Positions 15,261 to 32,940 of a DNA stretch of 64,000 nucleotides are shown piece after piece. Within the stretch, counting starts at the first letter, position 1, and every line of letters begins with the position of its first letter. Position numbers and translations under genes: made by a program. The notes below the pieces were generated by a model. The model had not been told where the DNA came from and did not search any database. It saw only the letters and a program-made list of their open reading frames with translations. This stretch comes from the human T2T-CHM13v2.0 reference genome, Homo sapiens, in the NCBI RefSeq assembly GCF_009914755.1, contig NC_060933.1. One strand, written 5' to 3'.

Positions 15261-15564
15261 GTATCCGAATAAGATGAGAAGTTTACTGCCCTGTTAACTT
15301 TGTTATCAAAAGCAATAATAATAACATATTAATAACATTTGTATTAATAACATTTGTATTAAGGAGCAACAGATAAAGTAATTTTTGTCAAAAATATCCC
15401 TTTAAAAGAGGACAGTGTTATAGTTCTTGAATATGTGGTCATTGCCTATTGTGGAGATGAATGTGCTTATGACTCAGTCACTTGGCCAAAAACTGAGCTA
15501 AACAATAACCACCAACCGTGGTAAACTTGGCCAACACATACTATAAAGTGTTTTTATTCTTAGT

Positions 15565-18919
<3,355 letters not shown>

Positions 18920-19505
18920 TTATTCTTAATGCTCGACAATTACTTAAGATGGGGACATAAGGAATATAGAAACTGATATACATCAAGTTAATGAGGCATA
19001 TAAAATGTTAATAGTTCTCAAATCTGTAAGCTGCATCCATTTGATCAAAATTCTCATGTAGCACAGCAGGACAGTTGAGAAGAATTCAAAAATCAATATT
19101 AAGTGGAGAATGTAAAGTTGACTTTTCATTTGTGTGGGGATAAAGACTGTTGTTTACCACGTGTGTTACTATTAGAGGAGTGTGCATCCTCAGACAAATG
19201 AAACAAAATATGTATTTTTGTGTGTAAAATATATGAATTTCAAACTTCCTCAGCAAGATAGTTTTTAATCTATTTTATGCCATAATGCAGTTAAATTTAA
19301 ATTTTATTATACTCTTGGCTGCCCATATCAATATAATACGCATTTAAAATTATACTTTTACTTACAAAATTAATTTAAATTAAATAGCATTTCTCACTGT
19401 TAGCAGAAAAAAGTCAAAACCTGTTTTTATACATAGGTGGTGTAAATTTTTTCTTTTTCTTTTTTTCTTCTTTTTCTCTTTGGCTTTTAGTAACCTCAGG
19501 CACAT

Positions 19506-19609
19506 ATACCCAGAGTGATAAATAATTCTTAAAAAGGACAAATATTCAAGTAAATAATGTAAATCATTTGAAATAAGAAACTGGGTTCAAAATTGGAATT
19601 ATATATTAT
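19506..19609 (+). repeat. Dispersed direct repeat of about 105 bp, copy 2
   Basis: Matches 14864-14969. Confidence 0.95.
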
Positions 19610-19771
19610 ATTTTATATATAAATATTAAATATAAATATGTGATTTGTGGAAGATTGCATTTAAGTGGAATTTAAAATGTAATAGATTTTCAACCTAAAA
19701 TCACATCATTATAGCATACAATGCAAAAACTGTCAAATCTGCCAACAAGTATCAAGGTATTGAAGACCTTC

Positions 19772-19978
19772 TAGATATGTGCTATTTAATATGGTAGCCA
19801 CTAGCTGTGTGTGGCTATTTAAGTTTAAATTAATTAAAATGAAATTTAAAAAGTTAGTTTCCTACTCACACTAGCCACATCTCTCTTGCTCAGTAGTATT
19901 CATGACTCGTGGCTATCATATTGTACAGTACAGATGTAGAACATTTGTGTTATCATAGAAAATTCTATCAGACCACAT
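19772..19978 (+). mobile_element. MER3 hAT-Charlie DNA transposon
   Basis: 'aatatggtagccactagc...tggctatttaagtttaaattaattaaaat...cacactagccacat...tagaacatt'. Strand tentative. Confidence 0.8.
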
Positions 19979-21204
19979 TTATCTATATTATTGTGAAAGG
20001 GATTTGCTAGTTAAAATAGTAAAAAAGGCTATATTATGTTTTGAAGTTATTCTTGTTAATGTCTTTTTAATGATTATAAGCATTTGGAGAATAGGATTTT
20101 TGTCTGACCAGAACCTGGTACATGCTAGATGCTTAATACATACAAATACACTTATTTTTTTATACCCCAGTGCCAATAATGAAGTCAACCACAGCAGAAA
20201 TGGCAACAATACCATCATATATTTTCATATGAATTTCATAGATATGAAATTCAAAACTTTATATTTTATAAGGTGCTTTCATGTAAATTTTCTCATTTGA
20301 GTTTAAAAGCAGTTTCAGAAAGTTGTCAGTAATTCTTCCATTTTGGAGTTGAGAAGTCTGAAATTCAGGAAGGTGAAAGGACTTTTCTAAAGGTTAACAT
20401 GTGTCTACTTGGTAAGGTGGTCCTGATTCTACTATCTTGAAGAAAAGAAAATTTAACAACTAGTATACATGTCAAATAATACAACAGAATGTATTACACT
20501 GAATGCAGTTAACCTTGAGATGCTGTTTACAGATGCCATCTTGATGGGACAAACTGAAGCTACTGATCAAAGGAACAAAAGACACGTATCTCTATAGGGT
20601 CAGCCTTGCATTTATTTGCAGCTGAAAACAATTATGAGTTCCTGCTACAATCGAGCAAACTCTGACAATATGCTGTCAGCCAAAGATATAGAAAATGCAC
20701 AACTAAGCCAGTCTCAATTTGGCATCAATAAGGAATAAAGCTCCAACTGAAAACAGATGCCTATATAATCATGGGTAAGAACCTCCAGGTGTTTACATCA
20801 TTTTAGGCCCAACATTTTGGAGACTGGATAATTTACGGGACTCCAACTTTGTGAGAAACGTGAGTGAATTTTCTGATTCTCAGAGCTTAGGCAGGAATAA
20901 TGCTACCCAGATGGAGGGCTGATGCACAATTTGAAGTATTGTCACGTTTGGGTCAATGGCTAAAAGAGTTTCTGCAAGCAGTCAGAACATGTTGTTGCAC
21001 ATCAATCAGATAAAAAGTTGCTGAGTTTCAGCAAAATCCTGTTGGCCATGAAGGTGAAAACCATACTGTAAAATTTTTTGTCATCATCTATAGGACAAAT
21101 GCTAAGCTTCTGTAGCACACTGTGTGTGTGCATGTGTGTGTGTGTGATGTATATTGGTATAAGGAAAAAATCACAAACAGAAGATAATGAGTCTGTGGGT
21201 ATGT

Positions 21205-22090
<886 letters not shown>

Positions 22091-25000
22091 CGAGTGTGTG
22101 TATGTATGTATGCGTGTGTGTGTGTTGCGTTGTTTGAGACCAAACCCTAGACAATGTTCATCAGTCACATCGGCAAGACCCAATTCAAGTACTATTTATA
22201 ACTTTGTTATAAACCTTATGTTACTCTAGAAACTTTATGCTCAACCACAGTGTCCAATGTAAAAAGTAAGTGACTGATCTTGGATTGATGCTGAGAAGTG
22301 CTAGATATGAAATTCAAATATCTTCATGAATTCACATGTAGCAAACATCAAAGTAAATTATCATTAAGTTTTATATGCTAATGACTTATAATAAATAATT
22401 GGCTTTGGTAAGATAAGGACTGGGTGGTCTAATAGATCTCAATAAATATTTGTTGACTTACAAATGAATATGTAAGCAAAATCCTAATTAATTTTTTCCT
22501 ATTATTGTTTTCATGCTCTTAAAATAATTTATTTTTCATAATCTTCCAGATGTTTGCCAGCATAAAATAGAATTAAACCAATGAGTACTTGATAATAAAT
22601 TTGACATTTTATGTGACTCCCATGGACTTTCAGTTATTGAGCTCATGAGAAGAAAGACTTTTTTTTCCAAATGAGAATGGAGTTCTTGGCGGATAGAATT
22701 AGGAATTCATTTTAATAATAAAATCTGAGCAAAGATAACTGCTAGTTATCTAAATGCCTAATTTTCTTTGATTCTGCAAAATAAGAATTATTTTGTAGAC
22801 TTCTTCAAGCTAAATCCATAAAATGTCATGCTAATTATACTCGAGATGTGAAATTTGATGTGATTGTAGGAGCCACTACAGCTTTATTCTGTATCATACT
22901 TCTTTCAAATAGCAATCATAAAACCTTGAAAGGTTTTCAATATTGGATGCTATTTTAGCAATCAATAGCACCCAGAACCATGGGTCACTGGAGAAGAAAA
23001 TTCATATCACATAATGATTTAGGCTACTAAGTTAAAAGGCAATAATGCTCACTCTTTAAAATACATAGTTTGTCATTAAAGAAAACAGGTAGTTTCAGGG
23101 CACACAGCCATAGAATTCTATGTTGTTTAAAAAGTCTTTGTAACTATTATCTCTCTTATTCCTATTAAAAGAACATACCACAATGACTTTTCATCACACT
23201 TCTTTCAGTTGTTTTAAATATTGTTCACTCAAAATTATCCTATGATCTGTAGTGAGACAAAGTTGTTAGTGTAAATTTTGTTATCCCAAGGGGTAAGTGA
23301 GCTTATAAGGCAGGGTGTCTTCTAGAAGGTGGGACCATATTGTTTTCTTCAGGCAGCATTCCACAGAGGTACTACATGGCTGTTATTCAGGGACTCCTGT
23401 AAGCTGACAGCCACATCTTTTCCACTTGACTCTGAGCTATCATCACACATTTGTACAGAAAACCTCTAACAAAGCTCAGGGCCCCACAGTTCCTTCTTAC
23501 ATGAGGAATATTCTGGTATGTCTTGCTGGTTCCTGTCTCTTCTTTCTAATTGCTCTTTTTATGGGCTGACCTGGCCACTAACTTTCCACTTGTTTTTTAC
23601 TTTCAGCCCTTAGGTCTGATGACACAGCTACCTCTGTGCTTCTATTCTTTTTACTCTTTTGGATACCCCATGGCTTGTCACTAGAACTGTCCTTCTTGGT
23701 AGATACCAGCTTTTGTAATTCATTAACAGTCTTTGAGTATTAACTATTATCAGCTTGAAGCTATTCCAAGGCTAGTCAAAGGAAGAGCTAAGGATAGAAT
23801 TTAGGGACAGTAAAAGTTCAAGAAGAGAGCTGCTAAGAAATAAAAGGGCAATGGAAGGAAAGAAAGTTTTCCTCACTAAGCTTTATAATCAGACAAGTCT
23901 ATATTCTCTGCAGAGGCATGGACAGAATCTGAAAGGATATTTCAATTAGGAAGCTATACTGAAAACCAATGTCAAAGACTAGTTTTAAGAGAACAAATGT
24001 GATAGAGATCCCATTGGAGTGGTGCTACAGGTCATCAGAGCAGGGATTGACTTGCTCAGAGAGTCAGCCAGGATAGTGCCAGAACTGGAATTTTCATCTC
24101 AGCTGTTTCTAAAATCCGAATTGCATCTATATGTGCTACCACCCTTTCCGCCCTCACTTCTCAAGAGGGTTCATACGTCTTCTTTGACAGTACAATAATT
24201 CAACCAACAACGAATACATCTAGTTATACTGGGAACCAACTGATATTCCTCTATGCTGTTCTCACAGATATCATGAGAGATAAAACATCACATGCTGGCT
24301 AAGCTCTACACAGACTATACCTTACATTCCCCTAATTTACCCAATCTACTAACTGGTCAGGACAAACTGACCGGTTGACGTAGTGAACTGGTGTTGGCCC
24401 CTAGTGATCTATGTATTTTTATAGGTGACCACAATGATTGGTTTCATATTGTGCTGCTCTTCCTTAAATATTGGGATTATATTTTTTCCACGTTCTATGT
24501 CCTGGCATCCTTTTCAGTTTTGTGACTCATCAAATATTAGTGACATTAGCTGGTTCTCTAATTTTGTATCCATCAATATGGTGTGCTCGGGCTATAAGAC
24601 TTAGGATGATATAATGTAGCTGATGTTTTCTTAGCATTTCTTGATTCATTTTGACTTTATTCCTGTTAATTGGACAACGAAGGCAAATGGAACTCAGGAG
24701 CTAAGGAGTTCTGATTTTTTAAAATGTCATCCAGCATGGTTATACCGTTGACCACAAGTAGTGAGTATATTACTTCATTTTTGTACTAAGAAAAAGTTGA
24801 GGAGAGAACCAGATCTTTTGTCAAACTTGTCTTTTTTTTTCGGGTATCAGATCATTTGATGTTTAGTCTTCTAGGAATTAGTCTTGCTTATCTGAGCTAC
24901 TGCCTTAAAAATAAGTAACACTGTAAGTGGTGATTGAAAGAAAGTGACCGATATCTTAATTTCAAAGAGATTTTGCTGAACTCACATATAAACCTCATTT

Positions 25001-25194
25001 CTGAAAAAAAAAAAAAAAAAAAAACGTGGTAAGCAACATAAAATGTCTACTAAATTTAAAAAATAAATAAATTAATAAATCAGTATCTTTTGCTCTTTTG
25101 AATAATACAGGCTCGCCATCCTCATCTCTTTCCATTATAAAGAACTAAGGTCTTATAAAATCAGAACCCTTGGCCATATCCCAAGCTATATTAA

Positions 25195-25576
<382 letters not shown>

Positions 25577-25929
25577 TAACCACAACTAGTTACTTGCCAA
25601 AAGTCAATCAAGACTAACTAATTTTTTCAGAAAACCTTCAATTAATTTGGATATCCCATTATGTCTGCATGATGGGTTTAAAAATATTTTGGGAAAACAG
25701 CTCTTTACAAAGTAGGTGATTGGGGTGGCAGTGCTAAAAGGGTTATCTTAAACAATTCTATATAAATTTAAAATAAATACTTAGCTGGCTTGAAAGTGCA
25801 GAGTCAGAACATTCTAGAAAATATGAAAACAAAACCCCTCATACTACTATGGACACTAAGGTCTATTTTCTGTTAATAGGGTAAAATATTAGACAGAAAA
25901 CAAAATTACATGAAAAAGAAGGTTTATTT

Positions 25930-26344
25930 CCTGTTCATAGAGTTCCAAATACCCAGATCACTCCAGAACACATTCCCCCAGCTGCCAGGAATGTTATGTG
26001 CTAATGGCTGGCAGGTGTTCCTCTCCAGGAGCTGCCTCAGTCAAATGGGGCCTTCTCTCCCAAGGTTATCCCTCCACAGGGGTAGCGCATGTCTAATAAA
26101 GGGTCAAGGTGGAGTTACAAGGATTGCCCCTTGCCTTAATTTCAGACAACCCTAAAGGGCCATTCTTTCTCCAGAGTTCCCTGTGGGATCAGCAAGGCCT
26201 CTGTTGTAACTGCATCACATATCATAGATCAACTTTGCCCTCTGCCCAATTCTCACAGTTGTCATTCATGAAATCACCCCCCAAGGGGTGATTCATGCAA
26301 ATCTCTACTCTAGAGTATGTTTCCAGGGAGCCAAACCTATGACA
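25930..26344 (+). mobile_element. LTR16-family 5' LTR (ERVL)
   Basis: 'ctccagagttccctgtgggatcagc...tgtttccagggagccaaacctatgaca', followed directly by a primer-binding site. Confidence 0.8.
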
Positions 26345-27020
26345 GTTGGTACCAGAAATGGTTTTAGGGAGCCGAATCTATAGTGCAGTTTTGGAGCAGG
26401 AAAACCTCATCACCAACTGTAGATAGAGTACATGGCCCCTGGCATGCTATAATTCTGCAATTGCTAAAATTTTCATTGGGATTGCATAATATTGGAAGGG
26501 AATGCCTTGGTTGCTGCAATATCTCAGGCACTTGAGAGTTGTGTGGGAAACAGAAATTATGAGAATTATGGAATCGATCATGCTTCATAATACTGATGCA
26601 TTGGAGAAGACAATGAAAGGCTAAAGGTTAATCACCAGATGAAGAAAAAATAAGTAAATCAGAGTGCCTCCTTAGCAGTGTATATAGAGATGTACCTCTT
26701 TTAGCTGAAAGAGAAGAAAAATCTGAGGTCCAAAGCTTGAGAGTAGCAGAGTTCTTGAGAAATTTGAACTCTCTACTCCAACAAATCTTCTATGCCAAAT
26801 TCAGGAGGACCTGATTGGAAAGGTGTGGGACTCTGAGATTTGGAATGGGCTATCTGTATCACTTTACTCCATAAATTTGAAAACTCAGATCCTATTGAAC
26901 CCTCTGGGCCTACAGAAGTGACCAGCTCCTCCCTGTTAAATGCTGATGATCCCTCCGGCTTAATGACAATGTGGAGGTCTCTACCTTGAAGGTCAATACA
27001 TGTCACCATAAGGAGACATG
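26345..27020 (+). mobile_element. ERVL internal region (HERV16-like leader and gag remnant) with tRNA-Leu PBS
   Basis: 26347-26364 tggtaccagaaatggttt matches the tRNA-Leu PBS TGGTACCAGAAGTGGGGT at 15/18. Decayed gag-like sequence follows. Confidence 0.7.
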
Positions 27021-27451
27021 TATTGTTTGCTTGCTCCGTAGATATCTTTCACTGGTGTCTTTTTGTCAATTTCTCAATATATTTCCAAGATATTTTCCTT
27101 TAAATATATTTTGGGGCAACATTATTTGGCACATAAAGTTTAATTATAGATATATCGTTTTCTCCTTATATCAGCAGTTTGGAGAGGTTGTGCCTGACCA
27201 GCATAGCTCTTCTTTATTTAGGTAAGCAATAAAATCATCTTTGTGTTTTTTTATTTCAGATATTAAGTCTTGATCTCATCCTTTCAGAATACTTACTTCA
27301 TCAGGTTGTTTTGAAGGTTAAAGTCAAAGAACTGAACAAATAATAGCTGTTTTTGTTTTCCATGCTATTTTGTTTAGTACATAAATGTTCAACATGGCCT
27401 TTTAGCTTTTATCAATATAAAATGCTATATTTTCTCCTTTAGGGCTTGAAT

Positions 27452-27706
27452 TTTATTTTATTTATTTTAATTTTTAAAGATTGTTTATTTGTTTATTTAT
27501 TTTAGAGACAGTGTATTGCTCTGTTGTCCAGGCTGGTGCAGTGGTGTGATCACAGCTCACTCAAACTGCTGGAATTATGTGATCCTCTTGCCCCAGCCTC
27601 TTGAGTAGCTGGGACTACAGGCTCCTGCCACCACTTCTGGCTGGTTTTTTTAAACATTATTTTTTAAGAGATGAGGTCTCACTATGTTCACCAGGCTGGT
27701 TGCAAA
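27452..27706 (-). mobile_element. Degenerate AluJ, partial
   Basis: (TTTA)n tail, 'gagacagtgtattgctctgttgtccaggctgg' and 'gagtagctgggactacagg'. Confidence 0.85.
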
Positions 27707-28615
27707 CAGTTTTGTTTTATATTAGCATTACAACCCTTCCCTTCCTGAAATTTCTTGAGAAATGTTTTGAGTTTTGCCAATTTGTTGGCCTTTAATTCCT
27801 CTGTGTTTATCATTTCTGGTCAGAGGACTCCTCAAGGCAGAGATTCAATTTCATAAGTAGTATCTTAAAAATGTTTGTCATTACTAGAAATAATTACTTA
27901 TTGTGTTCATGGCTAATTTCAGGTACTGCTAGGGTATTAATTCAGTTTACATCATTATTAAAAATCTTTTAAATCTCCAAAGCCCAGGACTTCAATATTT
28001 TAACTTAGATACTTACATAGGGAACAAAAATAGTGGGATGAGAAGTTGGCATGTAGTGGCTGCAGTAGGAAGCAGTTAAGGGCTGGTGTAGACTCTATGT
28101 CTCTGAACTATAATATTCTATAGACCTGGGACCTCACTGACCAGAGTTTTGGGTCTACCTACATTTGATTTAAGACCAAACAGGACTACTTTGCATCTGA
28201 AAGCCAAAAAGACCATCTGCCCTATGATTTTTGCTACTCAATAAGTGGGCCTTTTTCTCCTTGAAATAATCTGCATATGCGAGCAACAGAGGTCTGAGAA
28301 TTACTTGGTAAGTATACAGACTCAGAAATGAGTTAGATGTGCAGGTCAAGACATGTCTAAACCTATAATCATGGTCCAGTTGGATGTGAACCTTTTATTC
28401 AAACTGATACTGGTGATAAACTCCCAAAATATCCCCCTCCCCATTTTCAGTATTTAAAGATAACAGGATAACCACTCTCTACTTTTTTTTTGTTTTCTGA
28501 GTCACATCAAACTACTTCCTAGTTCCTTGAGTTTGTATTTTATTTTAGACAGAAAGGATGATTTTTATTTTGTCATACATATTCTATAGTCCTTTTTATT
28601 AATAAGAAGATAGGC

Positions 28616-28675
28616 TAGAGTAGGGTTTCTCAACCTGGGCATTACTGACATTTTGGACCAGATAATTCTTTATTA
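28616..28675 (+). mobile_element. MER20 fragment
   Basis: 'tttctcaacctgggcattactgacattttggaccagataattcttt'. Confidence 0.7.
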
Positions 28676-29589
28676 TTGAAATTGTGGCTCCAACACCTTT
28701 ATGGCAGATGTGATGTTGCTTCTTTCTGGCACTTCCCCCAGTTTAGAAGAAAAGATAGCAGGTTGTAATTATGTCATACCATGAAGTGCTAGAGAAGGTA
28801 GGAGGCTTCCCACTGTTTTGAGCCCTCAGGAAAAGTACAGGGGTCAAAAAGACAGTTACTAACCATTGGTTTTAACTCCAATTTCACTGTAGGACCTTGG
28901 ATGAGTGCTGAGTCTCCTGGTATTTTCAGTTCAGTCATTTGTCATATGTTTGATCTCTAAAGTTACTTCTAGTAATGTGAATTATTCACCATTATGTCCT
29001 CAATATCTCCCATATTGTCTGGTTTATGGGAGTTACTAGATAACATTTGTTGAATAAATGAATATTCTGAATGTTCTTTGAGTCTAAGATTGCACTTTCA
29101 TTGGCATTCAAAATTATGTTTGTCTTATCCAACACTAAATCCCCAGAACCTACCACACTTAGAGGAACATTTTAAGGAGTTAGTAAACATTTATCTGATA
29201 AAAAGCATGAACAAACATCATATGATTTTTTAGATTATAAGATCACTAACAACAAATACAAATTCCAAAGACTTACCATATTACTTTTATTCAAAACTAC
29301 TCTCAGTGTAGGATATAGAAATACTACAATAATGTATTCCAGCCCAAGTCATGGTATTTTAATACACATTTGTCCAAAAAGTGAGCGGTTCTTGCACTGA
29401 ATTAGGACTTGTCCAGGCAAATTTTTACCTGTCATCCTCCTTTGAACAGCTGTGGTTTTTCAAAGACAGCTTTATTGGCTTTGAGGAGCACCTCAGTTAG
29501 AAACTGGCCAAATTTTGGTTCCCTTGAAGTCAGGATGACACAGAAAGATACAGAGAAAATAATTTCAGGCTTTGACGTTAGGGGGACTT

Positions 29590-29735
29590 ACGTTTCAGGT
29601 CCAGTTCTGCTGGCCACTTGGTATGTGTGTTTAGGGGAATTTTATCCAGCATGAGCCTCAGTTTTTCCTCTGTTAACTAGGGATCAATAATACTTGCCTC
29701 ATTTACTTGTCAAGATTAAATGAATGAACATGCTC
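29590..29735 (+). mobile_element. MIR fragment
   Basis: Core 'tgagcctcagtttttcctctgttaactagggatcaataatac'. Confidence 0.7.
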
Positions 29736-30141
29736 GATAGCTGTCAATATCCATCCCTTTAAAAATAATTTATAGTTTTACTTTGTGGTTCATAATGGAT
29801 GTGTTCCCAAAATTTGTGTGTGCGCATGAACATACACATGTGCACCCACACATAAAATAGAATTTTAAAAATTATATTTAATTTGACATAAAACAGATAA
29901 ATTTTCTTTATAAAGTAATCCTACTGTCGCTGTTTTTGAAATAGGAGTAGGATGCCCCTGGTTTGTTTTTATTTGAAATTTTTGGGTTGGGTACAATTTG
30001 TTCTGCAGCATGAATTCTCAGTCTTCTGCATTATCAAATAATCACTTTATATTTGTATTCACTTTAAACTGAAATAAATATAGCTTCTTGGTCTCCAGTG
30101 ATTTCTGGTCCCCAGAACTTTTTGTTATACATATTAAAACA

Positions 30142-30355
30142 AGGCAGTATATCATAGTGGTTAAGATTACTGGAAGCAGACTGCCTGGGCTCTTGGCTAG
30201 CTTGGTCTTTACCAACTATGTGGCTTTGGGAAACTCTTAACCTTTTTTTACTTCCTTTTCTAATGTGCAGAATGGGGATAATAATAGTACCTATCTTATG
30301 TTGTTTTTGTAAGAATTGAAAGACCTGATATCTGTAGGTGTCTTGCATGTGATTA
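30142..30355 (+). mobile_element. MIR
   Basis: 'ggcagtatatcatagtggttaaga...aatggggataataatagtacctatc'. Confidence 0.8.
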
Positions 30356-30666
30356 GTGGTAAAGAAAATTTATTTATTTCCAAAACCTATCCTAGAGCTT
30401 ATGCTTATAAATTGTTAGAGGCAGAGCTAGTAGAGGGCATGCAGAAGCCTAGATTTTGGCAGTTTCTACCCCTTTATTTTTTCAATTTACGCAGAACACT
30501 CTTCACAAAACAGTTGTTTAAAATGGGGCTCTCCTTAGTGTTTTTGAGATTCTCTAGTGTATATTTAATTCTATTGCTCTTCCTAAGTGCTTCCAATGCA
30601 CTTAAATGGCTTCACAGTTGAATTTTTCTCTCATCTGTTGTGGAATTCACTAAAGATAGTGTACAG

Positions 30667-30706
30667 CTATAAATAAGCCTACCCATGCAACCGTAACCAT
30701 GGCAAC
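30667..30706. promoter_or_regulatory. Candidate regulatory site: MEF2/TATA-like CTATAAATAA plus RFX X-box GTAACCATGGCAAC
   Basis: Motif matches in non-repeat sequence; function not shown. Confidence 0.4.
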
Positions 30707-31074
30707 CACCAGCCTTCAAACAGGGAGAGTGGGGCTTACAAGCTGGTCTCAACTTTACAACAGCCCAATACATCCCCTTTCAAATTAGGCAGCTCAGGCC
30801 TGTGCTTTGCACACAACACAGCCACTCGTTGCTTTCCACAAAGTCTCTATCGTTTACTTCAATCGAATACAATTCATTTCTGACTTTCACACATTCTTTG
30901 AAAGCACTGTACTGGATTCTGTGGGGGATAATAGAAATGACTTAAGCCAAGTCCTCCCACCAACATACAGTGGGGTCTTCCTAACATCTATGTTTCTCAG
31001 GTTACTCTTTTGCTGAAAACTCTTCAATGGCTCCCTGGTGGATATAGAATCCATCTCTTGCCTACATTTTCTTC

Positions 31075-31140
31075 TTTTGAGAGACAGGGTCTGGTTGTGT
31101 TACCCAGGCTGGAGTGCAGTAGTGCAATCATAGCTCACTC
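31075..31140 (-). mobile_element. Alu fragment
   Basis: 'gagacagggtctggttgtgttacccaggctggagtgcagtagtgcaatcatagctcact'. Confidence 0.85.
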
Positions 31141-31224
31141 TTGCCTACTGTATTCCTCATTATCCTTCCTATGACAGCCTAAACTCCAGGCTTCCTCTGA
31201 AAAATATATGTTCTCCAGTGGTGT

Positions 31225-31258
<34 letters not shown>

Positions 31259-31275
31259 TCTTTCTCTCTCTCCCT
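31225..31275. repeat. (CT)n microsatellite
   Basis: Seen directly in the sequence. Confidence 0.95.
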
Positions 31276-31429
31276 CTGAAGTTCTTTCCAGACTCCCTTA
31301 TTTGCTTTGCAAGCTTTTAATTTTTCTCCAGTCTGAACTCAAGTGCTTTACCCTGTTAACTTTTCTGTTACGGTGTGGTTTTAAGATGAATTTAATTTGC
31401 ATAGAAGCCAATCATTTTTTTCTTGTTCA

Positions 31430-32400
31430 CATGAATTGTTCAATGGAATTAAGCACCTACCTCATTGGGTACTAGAAAATTAAAAACAAAACCAAAACAA
31501 AACAAAACAACAAGCAAAAATCCAAATCTCATTTATCAAAAAAGGCTATGTAGAGACAGCAAATGGCACTTGGCTCATTATTCCTTGAATCAGTGTAAAA
31601 GATGCTCATGATTGGATTTTTGTCTTTGAATGAAGAGGCCAGTGAGAGTGGTGAATGCAGGTATTTGGTAAAAGGTAGCTATTGATGTGGTAGACATTTA
31701 TAAGGTAGAGTTTATAGAACTTGACTGATTATAAATGGGAGATAAAGGAAAGAGAGAAGCTGACTGTAAAGTCAAGATGACTGAGAGAGTAATGATGCCA
31801 TCTGTTGAGACAGGAAACAGGGGAAGTATTAATTTATCTGGAAGGTGGAGTTATGCTTGATTTTTGACACATTATATCTGATGTATCATTAGAACATACA
31901 TGTCTAGTACACAGTTGGGAATTCTTGCTTAGACCTCAGAAACAACTCAGAACTAGAGCAGTTGATGAGAAAATCATCAACATTTAGATGGAAATATATA
32001 GCGATGGCATGAACAAAACTGCTCGAGGAGAGTGAGATTGAGGAGAGACATCCACATTCAATAAGGAAACTTCAGAGAGGGAGACTCAGGAGTCTGTGAG
32101 AGAGGGGCAATGGAAGTGCTAAGGGCCCAGGCCAGGTGCAGAGACTGGCCTTGAGTAGGAGGATAGTCTCCCTTTGAACTGTATGAGATGGGGAGTGGGG
32201 TTACATGGGAATAGCACAGCCAGTGTCTTTTCTCCTCTCTGAACAAAGTAGGAGTCAAGGGCATCTTTAGAGGTGACGGTCTGGAGGCAGGAATGCCACC
32301 TTGATAAGAATATAATTGGAAGTTCTGCTGTGGGAAGTGATTCAGGGAAGGGAGAACATAACTAGGACTGAGTTACAGCAGCTGAAGTTGGATAATTTAT
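31430..32400 (-). mobile_element. L2 fragments
   Basis: 'aaggtagagtttatagaacttgactgatt...tgatgccatctgttgagacaggaaa'. Includes (AAAAC)n at about 31480-31515. Confidence 0.55.
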
Positions 32401-32494
32401 CTCAAGGTGGAGTCCATCACTGCATTTGTGTGATTTCCTTAAGTGGGATTTAATAGTTTGGAGTGGGAATAAAAATGAATAAAAAGGAGGAGAT

Positions 32495-32940
32495 GACCTC
32501 CAATCCCATTACATTTCCTCTTGCTTGCTCTACATTTTGCCCTCCTTCCTGTTCCTTGAATACAGCTGGAATACCAGATGTCCCACCTGCAGGAATTTTT
32601 CCGGAAAGCTAACTGCTTGATTTACTTCCTTTCTGTCATTGCTCGTATCTGACCTTCTCCATGAGGTCTACCCTGACCATCCTGTTTAATATTTTAACTT
32701 CAATTTTCTACATTTCTGATCTCCCATCCTCTCTACCCCTTCTTTTACCCATCACACTTACCTCCTAACATATTAAATAATTTACTCATTTATCATATTT
32801 ACTGTTTATTCTCTGTCTCCCTTCACTGGTATGGGAGCTCCATGAGGACAGGAATCTTTACTCTATGATGTATCCTAAATGGTCAGAACAGTACCTGGCA
32901 CATAATAGTGGTTCAATAAATATTTGTTGAATAAAATTAG
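32495..32940 (+). mobile_element. L2a 3' end
   Basis: 'agctccatgaggacaggaatc...agaacagtacctggcacataatagtggttcaataaatatttgttgaataaa'. Confidence 0.85.

Noticed and set aside
24985-25024. Orphan A21 tract after TATAAA as a processed-pseudogene tail
   Set aside because: No TSD and no recognisable mRNA or ORF upstream.
29271-29440. Isolated splice-donor matches (minus strand 29271 and 29423; plus strand 10499 and 33500)
   Set aside because: No convincing paired acceptor or coding frame; such matches are frequent in bulk DNA.
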